IMG/VR virus record: IMGVR_UViG_3300034101_003860
Location: 4,041 to 68,040 of that record
Direction: 5' to 3' (one strand)
Origin: a virus
DNA: 64,000 nt
Shown here: positions 1 to 10,381 of the stretch, one piece after another
How the letters are laid out: each line of letters begins with the position of its first letter
How positions within the stretch are numbered: the stretch's first letter is position 1
Translations under genes and position numbers: made by a program
The notes under the pieces: model-generated
Told to the model about the DNA's origin: nothing
Databases searched by the model: none
The model's input: the letters and a program-made list of their open reading frames with translations, nothing else

Positions 1-1216
1 AATTGCTAAGAATATTGCTGGGTTCAACTTGCAAGAGGCTGATATGTTGCGTAAAGCTATCGGCAAAAAGAAACCAGAAGAAATGGCAAAGATTAAAACT
101 AAATTTTTAGATGGAGTAGCTAATACAAAAATAGTTAATCAATCAGAAGCAGAGCAAATCTTTGGTTGGATCGAAAAAAGTCAAAGATACTCTTTTAATA
201 AGTCTCATAGCGTAAGTTATGCCGTTAATGCTTACCTTTCTGCATACGCCAAGGCTCATTTCCCCAAAATCTTTTTTGCCTCATATCTAAGATTCGCCAA
301 AGACAAAATAGATCCTCATGAAGAGATTAAAGCCCTGGTTCAAAACGCAAATGAAATGGATGTTAGTATTAAAACTCCAGATCTTAGAATTATGAATGAA
401 TTTTTTGTTTTAAAAAATAATGATATTTATTTTGGTTTAACAGATATAAAGGGCGTGGGTTCGTCGGTCTTTGTAAAATTAAAGAAAATAGTAGAAGCAT
501 TAAATCAACCACTATCAGAGATGTCCTGGCCTAAAATATCTTTTATGATATTATCCAATATAAACTCTACTGCCGCTAAAGCTTTAATAGAGAGTGGGGC
601 GACATCCTTTATTAAAAAAACAAGAACCTGTATGCTTTTTGAACAAGAGCTTGTCTCTTTATTAACTAAAAAAGAATCATCCTACATAATAGATAATATT
701 AACAAATACGCAACTGTTAAAGAAGCTTTAGAAGACTTACTATTAAACAGTAAGATTAATAAAAACAGAAAAAAAGTAATCTCTGATGCTATTAATATGA
801 TACAAAATCCACCCTACTCTTTAGAAGACAGTCCGGAATGGATAGCGGATGTTGAGGATACTAATCTAGGTTGTGCAATAACGTGTTCTAAAGTGGATAT
901 GTATGATATCAGTATGACAAATGCCACTTGTAGAGATTTTAAAAATGGTATTAATAACAATAATTTAATTATGGGCGGAGAGATAGATTACATAAATATA
1001 ACAAAAACTAAAAATGGACAAAATCCGGGCGAAGAAATGAGTTTTGTTACTATGTCTGACGGAACCGGATCTGTTGATTCTATCATATTTTTTCCAGAGA
1101 TATATAAGAAATATAAGTCTATATTATTTTCTGGTAATGTGATTATTGTTTGTGGTAGTAGGTCTAGATCCAAAGACAGCTTTGTAGTAGAAAAGGCTTA
1201 TGTTGCAAAAACTTGA
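1..1216 (+). CDS. dnaE: DNA polymerase III alpha subunit (DnaE-like), C-terminal part; 5' end outside window
   Basis: Frame open from base 2 (IAKNIAGFNLQEADMLRKAIGKKK); YSFNKSHSVSYA motif, FGLTDIKGVG HhH, C-terminal OB fold (MSFVTMSDGTGSVDSIIFFP). Confidence 0.92.
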   Translation, partial: IAKNIAGFNLQEADMLRKAIGKKKPEEMAKIKTKFLDGVANTKIVNQSEAEQIFGWIEKSQRYSFNKSHSVSYAVNAYLSAYAKAHFPKIFFASYLRFAKDKIDPHEEIKALVQNANEMDVSIKTPDLRIMNEFFVLKNNDIYFGLTDIKGVGSSVFVKLKKIVEALNQPLSEMSWPKISFMILSNINSTAAKALIESGATSFIKKTRTCMLFEQELVSLLTKKESSYIIDNINKYATVKEALEDLLLNSKINKNRKKVISDAINMIQNPPYSLEDSPEWIADVEDTNLGCAITCSKVDMYDISMTNATCRDFKNGINNNNLIMGGEIDYINITKTKNGQNPGEEMSFVTMSDGTGSVDSIIFFPEIYKKYKSILFSGNVIIVCGSRSRSKDSFVVEKAYVAKT

Positions 1217-1240
1217 CATAGCATCGCGCTATGTTATAAT
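1213..1240 (+). promoter_or_regulatory. sigma70-type promoter for ssb operon
   Basis: TTGACA-16 nt-TATAAT; AAGGAG RBS before ATG 1285. Confidence 0.85.
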
Positions 1241-1284
1241 ACTGTTAGTTTGGTTACTTTTTATTTTTTAAGGAGCTTATATAT

Positions 1285-1656
1285 ATGAATATTGTTATGT
1301 TACGAGGTAATCTTGCACGAGATCCTGAGCTAAGAACCGTTAATATTGGAGATAAACAAACTTCTGTAGTTAATTTTACAGTTGCTACATCTCGTGAATT
1401 TACCAAGGCTAACGGAACACAAGATAAGATTACATCTTTCATTCAGTGCGAGGCTTGGGACAGTGGAGCCGAAGCGGTGGCCTCGTCTTTAAAGAAGGGC
1501 GATTTGGTCATGATAGAAGGAAGTCTAAGGAATGATAGTTGGGAAAAGGACGGGGTTAAGCATAGCACTCTTAAGGTTAGAGTAAATAATTTTGCTCCAA
1601 TTGTTAAGGCTAAGAAATCTAAAACCAGTAATGAAACAGAAACTGTGGCGTTCTGA
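1285..1656 (+). CDS. ssb: single-stranded DNA-binding protein
   Basis: MNIVMLRGNLARDPELR...FTVAT...W...KGDLVMIEGSLRNDSWEKDG SSB OB-fold signature; short tail ending in F. Confidence 0.95.
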   Translation: MNIVMLRGNLARDPELRTVNIGDKQTSVVNFTVATSREFTKANGTQDKITSFIQCEAWDSGAEAVASSLKKGDLVMIEGSLRNDSWEKDGVKHSTLKVRVNNFAPIVKAKKSKTSNETETVAF

Positions 1657-1664
1657 TAACTTCT

Positions 1665-1701
1665 AATGATAGAGCCCCTAGCAATAGGGGCTTTTATCAT
1701 T
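1665..1701 (+). terminator. intrinsic terminator-like hairpin
   Basis: AATGATAGAGCCCCTA-GCAA-TAGGGGCTTTTATCATT inverted repeat right after ssb stop. Confidence 0.8.
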
Positions 1702-1717
1702 TTAGGACTATTAAAAT

Positions 1718-3361
1718 ATGAAAAAAAGAGTATTCATTGTTAACGATGCTAGCTTTTTGAATACAGGTTATTCTATTTATGGAAAAGAAATCTTAACTAG
1801 ATTACACAAAAATCCTAATTTTGAAGTAGCGGAACTTGGCTGTTATTGTGATATTTCTAATTCTCAAATAAAAAATATTCCTTGGAAATTTTATCCAAAT
1901 GCCGTCACTTCAAATGATCAAAGAAGTAATGAATACAAATCCAATATGCTTAATAGATTTGGATTATGGAGATTCAATAGGTGCGTAGCAGACTTTAAGC
2001 CCCATATAGTTTTTGATATTAGAGACTATTGGATGTTTGCATATCAAGAAAATAGTCCTTTCAAAAAGTATTTTCACTGGGTGATAATGCCAGCAACAGA
2101 TTCATCTCCTCCTAAAATAGAATGGTTATATACCTATAACAATGCTGATGTTGTTATTCCATATACAGACTGGGCTAAAAAAGTATTGTCTGAACATTGT
2201 GGTTCGCAAATTAATTTATTTCCTAAGATAGCAAATGCTGGGATAAATCCAGAGGAATTTTATCCATTAGAAAATAAAAAGCAGCATAAAATAAATTACT
2301 TGGGTGAGGATCTTAGCGTTGTTGGTTTGGTAATGAGAAATCAAAAACGCAAATTATTTCCAGATATAATGCTGGCATATAAAAAATACTTAGAAAGATT
2401 AAAGTCCTCTTCTCAAACAGAACTATATCAAAAAAGCTACTTATATCTACATACTTCTTATCCAGAAGATGCCGGTTGGGATATACCTGGGCTTTTACTA
2501 GAATATGGACTACTTGATAAAACTTTTTTGACGTATGTTTGTAGAGAATGTAAAGAATTTTTTCCCTCTAAATTTCAAGGACCAATAGCAAAATGTATAC
2601 ATTGTAACAATGGTACGGCTACTATTGCTAGTTCTTCTGTTGGAGTAGATACTAAGCAATTAAATCAGATTTACAATTTTTTTGATCTATTTGTACAATA
2701 TGCTATCTGTGAGGGCTTTGGTATGCCTCAAGTTGAAGCGGCAGCTTGTGGTATTCCTATAGCGTCTGTTGATTATAGTGCCATGACAGAGATAGTATCT
2801 AAGTTAGATGGATATGCTATACCAGTTAATAGAGTGTTTAGAGAATTAGAAACCAATGCAGACAGAGTGTATCCTGATATAGATGCTACAACGGATATAA
2901 TGTATAACTTTTTTGTTAATACAACTGAAGAACAGAGAAAAGCTAAAAATATAGAAACTAGACAAAAATGCATATCGTATTATACTTGGGATAATGTTTA
3001 TTCTGTGTGGGAGGAATGTTTCAATAGCATAGATATCACTAAGAAGCTATCTTGGTCATCACAACCTATGCCTCAACCGTCTCATAAGTCTATCAAAGTG
3101 CCTAAAAATCTCAGCAATACTAATTTTGTAGAATATATATGTCATCATGTTCTGAATAATCGTGATCTTTTAAAGACCGCTAATATACAATCGTTAATTA
3201 GAGATTTATCTAATGGTATAATAGCAAGAGATGGCAATATGACAATGATAAATAAAAATCAAGCTATAAATATTTTAGAATCATATTTAAATAATCAAAT
3301 TAGTTGCGAAAAAATGAGATCAGAACCACAAGCTATACCCAAAGAAGATTTTATACAATGA
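1718..3361 (+). CDS. GT-B glycosyltransferase (GT4-like) with inserted Zn ribbon
   Basis: TGYS N-terminal loop, RNQKRK, EGFGMPQVEAAACGIP motif; CxxC..CxxC insertion (CREC/CIHC). Confidence 0.88.
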   Translation: MKKRVFIVNDASFLNTGYSIYGKEILTRLHKNPNFEVAELGCYCDISNSQIKNIPWKFYPNAVTSNDQRSNEYKSNMLNRFGLWRFNRCVADFKPHIVFDIRDYWMFAYQENSPFKKYFHWVIMPATDSSPPKIEWLYTYNNADVVIPYTDWAKKVLSEHCGSQINLFPKIANAGINPEEFYPLENKKQHKINYLGEDLSVVGLVMRNQKRKLFPDIMLAYKKYLERLKSSSQTELYQKSYLYLHTSYPEDAGWDIPGLLLEYGLLDKTFLTYVCRECKEFFPSKFQGPIAKCIHCNNGTATIASSSVGVDTKQLNQIYNFFDLFVQYAICEGFGMPQVEAAACGIPIASVDYSAMTEIVSKLDGYAIPVNRVFRELETNADRVYPDIDATTDIMYNFFVNTTEEQRKAKNIETRQKCISYYTWDNVYSVWEECFNSIDITKKLSWSSQPMPQPSHKSIKVPKNLSNTNFVEYICHHVLNNRDLLKTANIQSLIRDLSNGIIARDGNMTMINKNQAINILESYLNNQISCEKMRSEPQAIPKEDFIQ

Positions 3362-4110
3362 ATAATCAAATATCCTCAATTCATACCCCATGTAAACAGT
3401 GTGTTTTTGCGAAATACATAGATAATACACAAACTGACTGTTATCTATCATATATAGATCTTTACAAACAAAATAGTGTGGAAGTTCTCGAAGCATATGA
3501 TCATGATAAAGAGTTCTTTATCATTAATAATAAAAAATGTATTGGCTATAGAGAAAATAAATGGTTTGAGAAGAGGGGCATGTCTAACTCTTCGATAGAA
3601 GATAAAATAGAAGCATATCGAAAATCAAATCATGCACACTATGCTGCGATTATAAGTCTTAAAACTATAGATATAAATCAATTAAACAATATATGTGAAA
3701 TGCTTGATCATAGTGATATTAAACCAAAAAAAATTATTCTTATAAGATATCCAGATAATAAAGAGTTTCCTTATCAAGCTATAGAAAATATTTTTAAAGA
3801 AAAAAACATATCGTATCCTTGGCGTATACAAACTATGTTAGATAGTGATATGCCGCATGAACATATATTATATGATATTATTAAAAATAACAAATCTTGT
3901 AGGTTTATTTTATCCATAAATACTGATACTTCAAAAATTAATGAAATAATTAATTATGCAAATGATTTGGTTTATAATGGCCTGGGTAGCTTCTATGCTT
4001 GTGGGGACTCTACTAAAAATGTTGTATTATATAGTTCTACAGTTTTGAGGCATTCGTTAGAGACAGGCAAAGATATTCTAAATGATGAGGAGCTATATAA
4101 AATTATATGA
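3358..4110 (+). CDS. hypothetical protein (Cys-rich N-terminus)
   Basis: ORF; ATG 3358 overlaps upstream stop (ATGA) and is preferred over 3304. Confidence 0.7.
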   Translation: MNNQISSIHTPCKQCVFAKYIDNTQTDCYLSYIDLYKQNSVEVLEAYDHDKEFFIINNKKCIGYRENKWFEKRGMSNSSIEDKIEAYRKSNHAHYAAIISLKTIDINQLNNICEMLDHSDIKPKKIILIRYPDNKEFPYQAIENIFKEKNISYPWRIQTMLDSDMPHEHILYDIIKNNKSCRFILSINTDTSKINEIINYANDLVYNGLGSFYACGDSTKNVVLYSSTVLRHSLETGKDILNDEELYKII

Positions 4111-4736
4111 ATGTTGTGATCCTTGGCGATAAATTTCAAAAAGGTAAAAAAACCAAGGGTTGCTCCGGCTTGTTTAAGGTTAAAAATACATATTTAATTC
4201 TTAAACAGTATAGGGCTATAAGGGCGGCGTTTCCAAAATCTAATATAGTATATGTCTGTGGATTCGAATATAAAAAGTTATTATCTACTATAGATGATTA
4301 TGACGAAATAGTAAAAAATATAAATTTTATCATTAATGAAAATTATAATAAATATAATTATGGATACAGTTTACAACTTTTAAAAGAGTATATTACACAA
4401 AAAACTTTGATATTATTTGGAGACAGTATTATAGATTATAAAATTTTGAATACTTTTGATTGTCAAAACAATGTATCTCAAATCGTATTAAACAAAAAAA
4501 GTACCAGTAGTTTAGGATGTGTTATAAACAATAAAAAAATACATAACATTTTTTATGATTTAGATAATAAAATAGAAGAAATGTATTTTATCGCTAATAA
4601 AGATATAGGCAAATTAAAAGATATACTTGATCAACCAATAAAAAATATGTTCATATTTGAAATTATAAATAAGATGATAGATAATAATGTTTCATTTCAG
4701 CCACTAAAAATAGAAAAAGTGAACTATGTTGCCTAA
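4107..4736 (+). CDS. nucleotidyltransferase-like protein (NTP transferase/LicC-like fold, possibly degenerate)
   Basis: MNVVILG start, VCGFEY, INENYNKYNYGYSL, LILFGDSII pattern. Confidence 0.65.
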   Translation: MNVVILGDKFQKGKKTKGCSGLFKVKNTYLILKQYRAIRAAFPKSNIVYVCGFEYKKLLSTIDDYDEIVKNINFIINENYNKYNYGYSLQLLKEYITQKTLILFGDSIIDYKILNTFDCQNNVSQIVLNKKSTSSLGCVINNKKIHNIFYDLDNKIEEMYFIANKDIGKLKDILDQPIKNMFIFEIINKMIDNNVSFQPLKIEKVNYVA

Positions 4737-5094
4737 AACACTTGCAGTATATTTAGATAATGACTTGTCGGGCGACCACTATTTAGACATTCTTTATAAT
4801 TACTTTAAAAATAGTTACGAGGATTTTGTTGTCATCTCTGACGAGAATAGTCTAATTAAATCAACATATGCTGTAATTCCATCTTTATATTTAAAGTTTT
4901 TTAAAGGAGATGTTATATTTATGAGCGCAGCTACATTTTTAGAAAAAGAAGATATATTAGCAAATAAAATATATTTATGCGCTTCTATTAATGAGTTATT
5001 AGATAATAATATATGTAAAAGTCGTTTGAAAAACGTAACACTTATTGATATTAAACAATCTGCTATAGAGGTATTTAAAAATGATTGCGTATAA
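4726..5094 (+). CDS. hypothetical protein
   Basis: ORF overlapping both neighbours in operon. Confidence 0.65.
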   Translation: MLPKTLAVYLDNDLSGDHYLDILYNYFKNSYEDFVVISDENSLIKSTYAVIPSLYLKFFKGDVIFMSAATFLEKEDILANKIYLCASINELLDNNICKSRLKNVTLIDIKQSAIEVFKNDCV

Positions 5095-5863
5095 ACAGTT
5101 GTCGGATAAACAAAAAAAAGACTTGCTAATCAAAGAATATGAAATTAATAAAAAAAGTTTTGGACATATCGCTCAAGAACTTGGGACATATGCTAATCAA
5201 GTGCGTCGTGATGCTATCAAATATAATATCAAAATTAGAGATAAGAGCGAAGCACAGAAAAATGCTTTAAGTAGTGGTAAAATTCAACATCCAACCAAAG
5301 GCAAAGAAAGATCAGAAAAAACTAAGAATAAAATAGGACACAGTGTGCTAAAATCTTGGGAAAATTTATCTGAAAAAGAACTCAAACAAAGAAAAGAAAA
5401 AGCCAAATTAAATTGGGATAATAAAACGGAAGAAGAAAAAGAATTTATCCTAAGAGAAGCTAATATAGCAGTTAGAGAGGCTAGTAAGAAGGGGTCTAAA
5501 TTAGAAAACTTTTTATTCCAAAAATTATTAGCAAATGGGTATAATGTGGATTTTCACAAAGAACAAAGCATACTAAATACTAAGTTGCAGATTGACCTTT
5601 TTCTACCCAAACATAATATAGCTATAGAGGTTGATGGCCCTAGTCATTTTGAGCCGGTGTGGGGGGATGATAGTTTAAAAAGAAATAAAAAGTATGATGA
5701 TAAAAAAACCGGACTAATTTTAGGCAAAGGCTTATACTTGATCCGAATCAAACAAAGTAAGGATTTTTCAAAAAGTAGAGCATTGTTAATTTTTGAAGAA
5801 CTAGATTCTACTATTAAAAATATATCAAATAATAATTCCAAAGTAATTCATATAGGAGATTGA
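5081..5863 (+). CDS. Vsr/DUF559-like (EDxHD) endonuclease with NUMOD3-like N-terminal region; probable homing endonuclease
   Basis: KGKERSEKTKNKIG NUMOD3-like; IDLFLPKHNIAIEVDGPSHF..D..K...G..LIRI. Confidence 0.75.
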   Translation: MIAYKQLSDKQKKDLLIKEYEINKKSFGHIAQELGTYANQVRRDAIKYNIKIRDKSEAQKNALSSGKIQHPTKGKERSEKTKNKIGHSVLKSWENLSEKELKQRKEKAKLNWDNKTEEEKEFILREANIAVREASKKGSKLENFLFQKLLANGYNVDFHKEQSILNTKLQIDLFLPKHNIAIEVDGPSHFEPVWGDDSLKRNKKYDDKKTGLILGKGLYLIRIKQSKDFSKSRALLIFEELDSTIKNISNNNSKVIHIGD

Positions 5864-5870
5864 AAACTTT

Positions 5871-6596
5871 ATGCCAAGACCCAAAAAAGAAACTATTGAA
5901 ACTGATAGCTCATTAGAACAAGCTGAAACTAAACAACCTACCCCAAACGATATTGAATGGACAGATTATGTTTTAAGCTTACTTTCTGATGATGAAAAAA
6001 TAATGGGAAATCCTACTACTGATGGTTTAAGACGAATATTTGAGAACGCTTTAGATTGTGTGGTTGTGGAAGCTACTAGCAATGTTATTCAAACTCCGGA
6101 CATTAGTAATGAAAAAAGAGCCACAGTAACTCATACTCTTAGGTATGTTTTAAAAAACTATGATACCAACAGTCAAGATTTAAAAAACAGGGTAGTGAGT
6201 GGGTCTGCTGACGTTTACTGGGGCAACTGTGACAAGATCTATAGAAACCACCCAGTGGCTGTAGCGGAAACAAGAGCAGAAGGACGAGCTTTAAGAAGAG
6301 CTTTAAAACTACGAAAAGTTGTGGCCGCTGAAGAATTGGCCAAAGATATTGAGGATCATCCTGATCATGATACTGTAACAAAAATAACTAATAACCAGTT
6401 AAATTTTATGGATGTTTTAGCTAAAAGATTAGATGTTAATATGAGTAAATTATTGGAGAAACTTGCATTATCATCGACTAATATTTATAATATATCATAT
6501 TCTGATGCTGTGGATATAGTTACAAAACTAACACAATACCAGCAGCAAAACAATGTATCCGAAGATATATTGGGATATGAAAGCAACTGGAAATAG
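5871..6596 (+). CDS. putative Rad52/Sak-like single-strand annealing protein
   Basis: VAVAETRAEGRALRRAL helix resembles the Rad52/Sak family motif; C-terminal ITNNQLNFM helical domain. Confidence 0.5.
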   Translation: MPRPKKETIETDSSLEQAETKQPTPNDIEWTDYVLSLLSDDEKIMGNPTTDGLRRIFENALDCVVVEATSNVIQTPDISNEKRATVTHTLRYVLKNYDTNSQDLKNRVVSGSADVYWGNCDKIYRNHPVAVAETRAEGRALRRALKLRKVVAAEELAKDIEDHPDHDTVTKITNNQLNFMDVLAKRLDVNMSKLLEKLALSSTNIYNISYSDAVDIVTKLTQYQQQNNVSEDILGYESNWK

Positions 6597-6603
6597 GTGA
6601 GTT

Positions 6604-6924
6604 ATGAAAGTTAAATATAAGATTGGTGATAAATTAGAATTTGAACTAGAGGCTAGTGGTCAAAAAGAAATTTTCAAAGAACTAGCGCTAATTCAAGAAA
6701 TCTTTAGTGAAGAAAAGTGTGCTTTGTGTGGTAGTACTAATCTTAGGTTTGTGGTGAGAACAGTAGAAGGAAACGATTTTTATGAACTTAGGTGTGCTGA
6801 TTGTGGTGCCATATTAGCTTTTGGTCAACACAAAAAGGGTGGCACACTATTTCCAAAGCGCAAAGATGATGAGGGAAATTATTTACAAAATAAGGGTTGG
6901 CATAAGTGGAGTAAGGATAAGTAA
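6604..6924 (+). CDS. Zn-ribbon protein
   Basis: CALC...CADC. Confidence 0.7.
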   Translation: MKVKYKIGDKLEFELEASGQKEIFKELALIQEIFSEEKCALCGSTNLRFVVRTVEGNDFYELRCADCGAILAFGQHKKGGTLFPKRKDDEGNYLQNKGWHKWSKDK

Positions 6925-7508
6925 TGAGTCCTCTTTTTACATACAACGGTAAATTATTGGTTGTTGATGGAAAATTAGCAGCTAATGAGAACTGCTGTTG
7001 TGGGTGCGATTGTGATGCTTGTAATATAGAGTCTGAAACAGTATATTATGGCGCCCTTAATGGTAATTTTTTATCGCTTAATGGAGATGCTTATCCCGTC
7101 TGTAATTTTACCTTTGAACCGCCAGAAATTATTACTGGCACAATACAACTATTAAAACCGGATTTATGTAGAGTTAAATTGAGATTTTGGAGAAATATTT
7201 TTAGTAATTGCAATGGTGATCAACCGGCTGATATAACAGAAGAAAAAGTTACAATAAATTGTACTGATGGTAGAATTTTAGTAGAAAATCTTGGTACAAA
7301 TACTAGAAAAACATTAAATAACGGAGATAATGTTATTTATGATAGTATAGGTTTAGACCCAGAACAAGGTCCTGTTCCAGAAAGTTCTGCTGGAGATACT
7401 ATCGTAATTTGTTTAAGAGGAACAGAAAGCGCCACTTTTACTGTAGAGGCTAAACTCAACTGGACTACCCAAAGGGATCATGATTTATATGGCAATATCT
7501 CATGCTAA
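6924..7508 (+). CDS. hypothetical protein with Cys-rich N-terminus (CCCGCDCDAC)
   Basis: ORF coupled to upstream stop (TAATG). Confidence 0.65.
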   Translation: MSPLFTYNGKLLVVDGKLAANENCCCGCDCDACNIESETVYYGALNGNFLSLNGDAYPVCNFTFEPPEIITGTIQLLKPDLCRVKLRFWRNIFSNCNGDQPADITEEKVTINCTDGRILVENLGTNTRKTLNNGDNVIYDSIGLDPEQGPVPESSAGDTIVICLRGTESATFTVEAKLNWTTQRDHDLYGNISC

Positions 7509-9126
7509 TAAAATAAGTCTAGTAACAGGTATCTGGGATCTAAATCGCGATCAATCAAAGCCAGGATGGCAAAGAAGTTTTGATCACTATAAAAACCACT
7601 TTATACAACTACTAAAAGATTTACACTCTTACAATTTGATTGTCTTTATAGATCCTAGTCTTGAGGATATGATATGGGAATATAGAGATCGTAAAAATAC
7701 AAAAGTATACCATCATACCAAAAATGACTTCTCGGGAAGTTTTTTTCCATTTTTTGACCAAGTTCAAAATATAAGAAAAGATCCTAAATGGTATAATCAA
7801 GCTGGATGGTTAAAAGATAGTACTCAAGGATCATTAGAGTATTATAATCCAATGGTGATGAGCAAAATGTTTTTGCTACACAACGCTAAATGCTATGACC
7901 CATTTAATAGCGAATATTTTTATTGGATAGATGGCGGGTTAACCAACACTATGAGTTTGGGTTATTTTAACAATCCAACCGTGATTGATAATCTAATTAA
8001 ATTAAGTGATAACTTTTTATTCATTGCTTTTCCATACGAAACATCTAGTGAAATTCATGGATTTTGTATAGAAGGTATGAAAAAATATGCTAAAAATAAT
8101 GTTGTAAATAGAGTTGCCCGTGGAGGGTTTTTTGGGGGACACAAAGATAGTATATCAAATGCTAATCAGCTATACTACTCGTTATTACAGGATACGTTAA
8201 GTGATGGATATATGGGTACAGAAGAGAGTATATTTACACTAATGACGTATCTTGATCCGTCTACATATCATCATGAAATGATAGAAGATAATGGTTTAAT
8301 TTATTATTTTTTTGAACAACTACAAAAATCCAATCATAAATTTAGTAAAAAAAACTCTACTAGTTTGTATTTAGTAACATTCAATAGTCCAGAACAAGTA
8401 GAGATGGTACTATCTTCATTTAAAAAATATGATAAAAATTTTATAGATAAAACAGATAAGATCCTAATCAATAACTCTACAGATTCCTCCACTTTTGAGG
8501 CTTATGAAAAAATTGTAAAAGATTACGGCTTTACAGAAGTTAGGCGTGGCAATCTAGGCATTTGCGGCGGTAGGCAATTAGCAGCAGAACACTTTAAAGA
8601 TTCTGATTCTGATTTTATGTTTTTCTTTGAAGATGATATGTTGTTAGATTATGATGGATTGTGTAGTTTTGGTTTTGCTAAATATGTAAAAAACCTTTAT
8701 GGTACACTATTAAAGATAATGACCAAGGAGAATTACGATTTTTTAAAGTTTAGTTTCAGCGAATTTTATGGAAACAATGGGGACCAGTGGAGTTGGCACA
8801 ATGTGCCTTCTGCTCAAAAACTAGAATATTTTGGAGACATATCCCATAAACCATTAACCAAATTTAATTATATAAAAAATTTAGACGGTATTCCATATGC
8901 CGAGGGTGAGATTTACTATTCTAATTGGCCTCATATTATAAGTAAAATTGGTAATCAAAAATGTTTTATAGACACTAAATGGAACCACCCGTTTGAACAA
9001 ACCTGGATGAGCCATATTTACACATTAACTAAACAACAAATAGTAAAACCCGCCATTCTTTTAGCTAGTCCCATAACACACAACAGAGTACATCACTATC
9101 ATGCAACAGACAGAAGAGAAAATTGA
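7480..9126 (+). CDS. two-domain glycosyltransferase: HtrL/YibB-like N-terminus plus GT-A-like C-terminus
   Basis: LVTGIWDL, SKMFLL, FYWIDGG, GGFFGG, GTEESI; second domain NLGICGGRQ...FFEDD. Confidence 0.75.
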   Translation: MIYMAISHANKISLVTGIWDLNRDQSKPGWQRSFDHYKNHFIQLLKDLHSYNLIVFIDPSLEDMIWEYRDRKNTKVYHHTKNDFSGSFFPFFDQVQNIRKDPKWYNQAGWLKDSTQGSLEYYNPMVMSKMFLLHNAKCYDPFNSEYFYWIDGGLTNTMSLGYFNNPTVIDNLIKLSDNFLFIAFPYETSSEIHGFCIEGMKKYAKNNVVNRVARGGFFGGHKDSISNANQLYYSLLQDTLSDGYMGTEESIFTLMTYLDPSTYHHEMIEDNGLIYYFFEQLQKSNHKFSKKNSTSLYLVTFNSPEQVEMVLSSFKKYDKNFIDKTDKILINNSTDSSTFEAYEKIVKDYGFTEVRRGNLGICGGRQLAAEHFKDSDSDFMFFFEDDMLLDYDGLCSFGFAKYVKNLYGTLLKIMTKENYDFLKFSFSEFYGNNGDQWSWHNVPSAQKLEYFGDISHKPLTKFNYIKNLDGIPYAEGEIYYSNWPHIISKIGNQKCFIDTKWNHPFEQTWMSHIYTLTKQQIVKPAILLASPITHNRVHHYHATDRREN

Positions 9127-10381
9127 TACTATTTTTATTCAAATTGCTTCCTATAGAGACCCTCAGTTATTACCCACGCTAGCAGATTGTATAAATAAAG
9201 CTAAATATCCATCAAATTTAAGATTCTCTATAGCTTGGCAGCACTGTGATAATGATATTTGGGATAATTTAGACCCATATATTAATGATAGTAGATTTAA
9301 AATTCTAGATATAGACTACAGAGATAGCAAGGGTGTGTGTTGGGCAAGAAATCTTGTTCAGTCCTTGTACGCTAATGAAGAATATACTCTTCAACTAGAT
9401 AGTCATCATAGATTTGTGCAAGATTGGGACGCTATACTTATAAATATGATAAAAGATTTGCAGTCTAAAGACTTTAAAAAACCGTTAATTACTGGATACA
9501 TACCCAGTTTTGATCCAGATAATGATCCCGAGGCCAGGATTCAAGAACCTTGGAAAATGACTTTTGATAGATATATACCAGAGGGGGCGGTCTTTTTTTT
9601 ACCAGCTTCATTTAATATGGATATAGATAATATTAATGAGCCTTTAATGGGGCGATTTTATAGTGCCCATTTTGCATTTAGTCTAGGAGTATTTGCCAAA
9701 GAAGTACAACATGATCCCAATTATTATTTTCATGGTGAAGAAATTAATGTTGCTGTACGAGCTTTTACTCATGGATATGATATATTTTATCCTAATAAAG
9801 TCATATGTTGGCATGAATATACTCGTAAAGGACGAAGTAAACAATGGGACGATGATAAAAAATGGTCAGATAGAAATTCTGTTTGCCATTCTAGAAATAG
9901 AAAACTATTTAATATGGATGGAGAAATAAACGATATTGATTTTGGTAAATATGGATTTGGCAATGTAAGGAGTTTAAGAGATTATGAGAAGTATGCTGGT
10001 ATGAGATTTAGTACAAGATCAATCACACAAGATGTACTAGATCATAAACCACCAAAATTGGACAATATAAATATATCTGATGATGATTTTGAAAAGAGTT
10101 TATTGCATATATTTAAACATTGTATAGATATAGGCTATGATCAAGTTCCAGAAAATGACTATGATTTTTGGGCAGTTGCATTTAAAGATGATCACGGAAA
10201 TGATATGTTTAGACAAGACGCTGATGTTGAAGAAATATGTCGTATGAAAAAAGATCCTGATGGATATTGTAAAGTTTGGCGATCTTTTGAAACTTTAAAA
10301 ATCCCATCTAGCTGGATAGTATGGCCCCATAGTGAAAGTAAGGGTTGGCAAGATGCTATTACGGGAAATATATGCAAATAA
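9101..10381 (+). CDS. GT60-like polypeptide GlcNAc transferase (Skp1/mucin alpha-GlcNAc-T family)
   Basis: TIFIQIASYRDP, GVCWAR, YTLQLDSHHRFVQDWD, SAHFAF, YFHGEE, RAFTHGYD motifs. Confidence 0.85.
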   Translation: MQQTEEKIDTIFIQIASYRDPQLLPTLADCINKAKYPSNLRFSIAWQHCDNDIWDNLDPYINDSRFKILDIDYRDSKGVCWARNLVQSLYANEEYTLQLDSHHRFVQDWDAILINMIKDLQSKDFKKPLITGYIPSFDPDNDPEARIQEPWKMTFDRYIPEGAVFFLPASFNMDIDNINEPLMGRFYSAHFAFSLGVFAKEVQHDPNYYFHGEEINVAVRAFTHGYDIFYPNKVICWHEYTRKGRSKQWDDDKKWSDRNSVCHSRNRKLFNMDGEINDIDFGKYGFGNVRSLRDYEKYAGMRFSTRSITQDVLDHKPPKLDNINISDDDFEKSLLHIFKHCIDIGYDQVPENDYDFWAVAFKDDHGNDMFRQDADVEEICRMKKDPDGYCKVWRSFETLKIPSSWIVWPHSESKGWQDAITGNICK

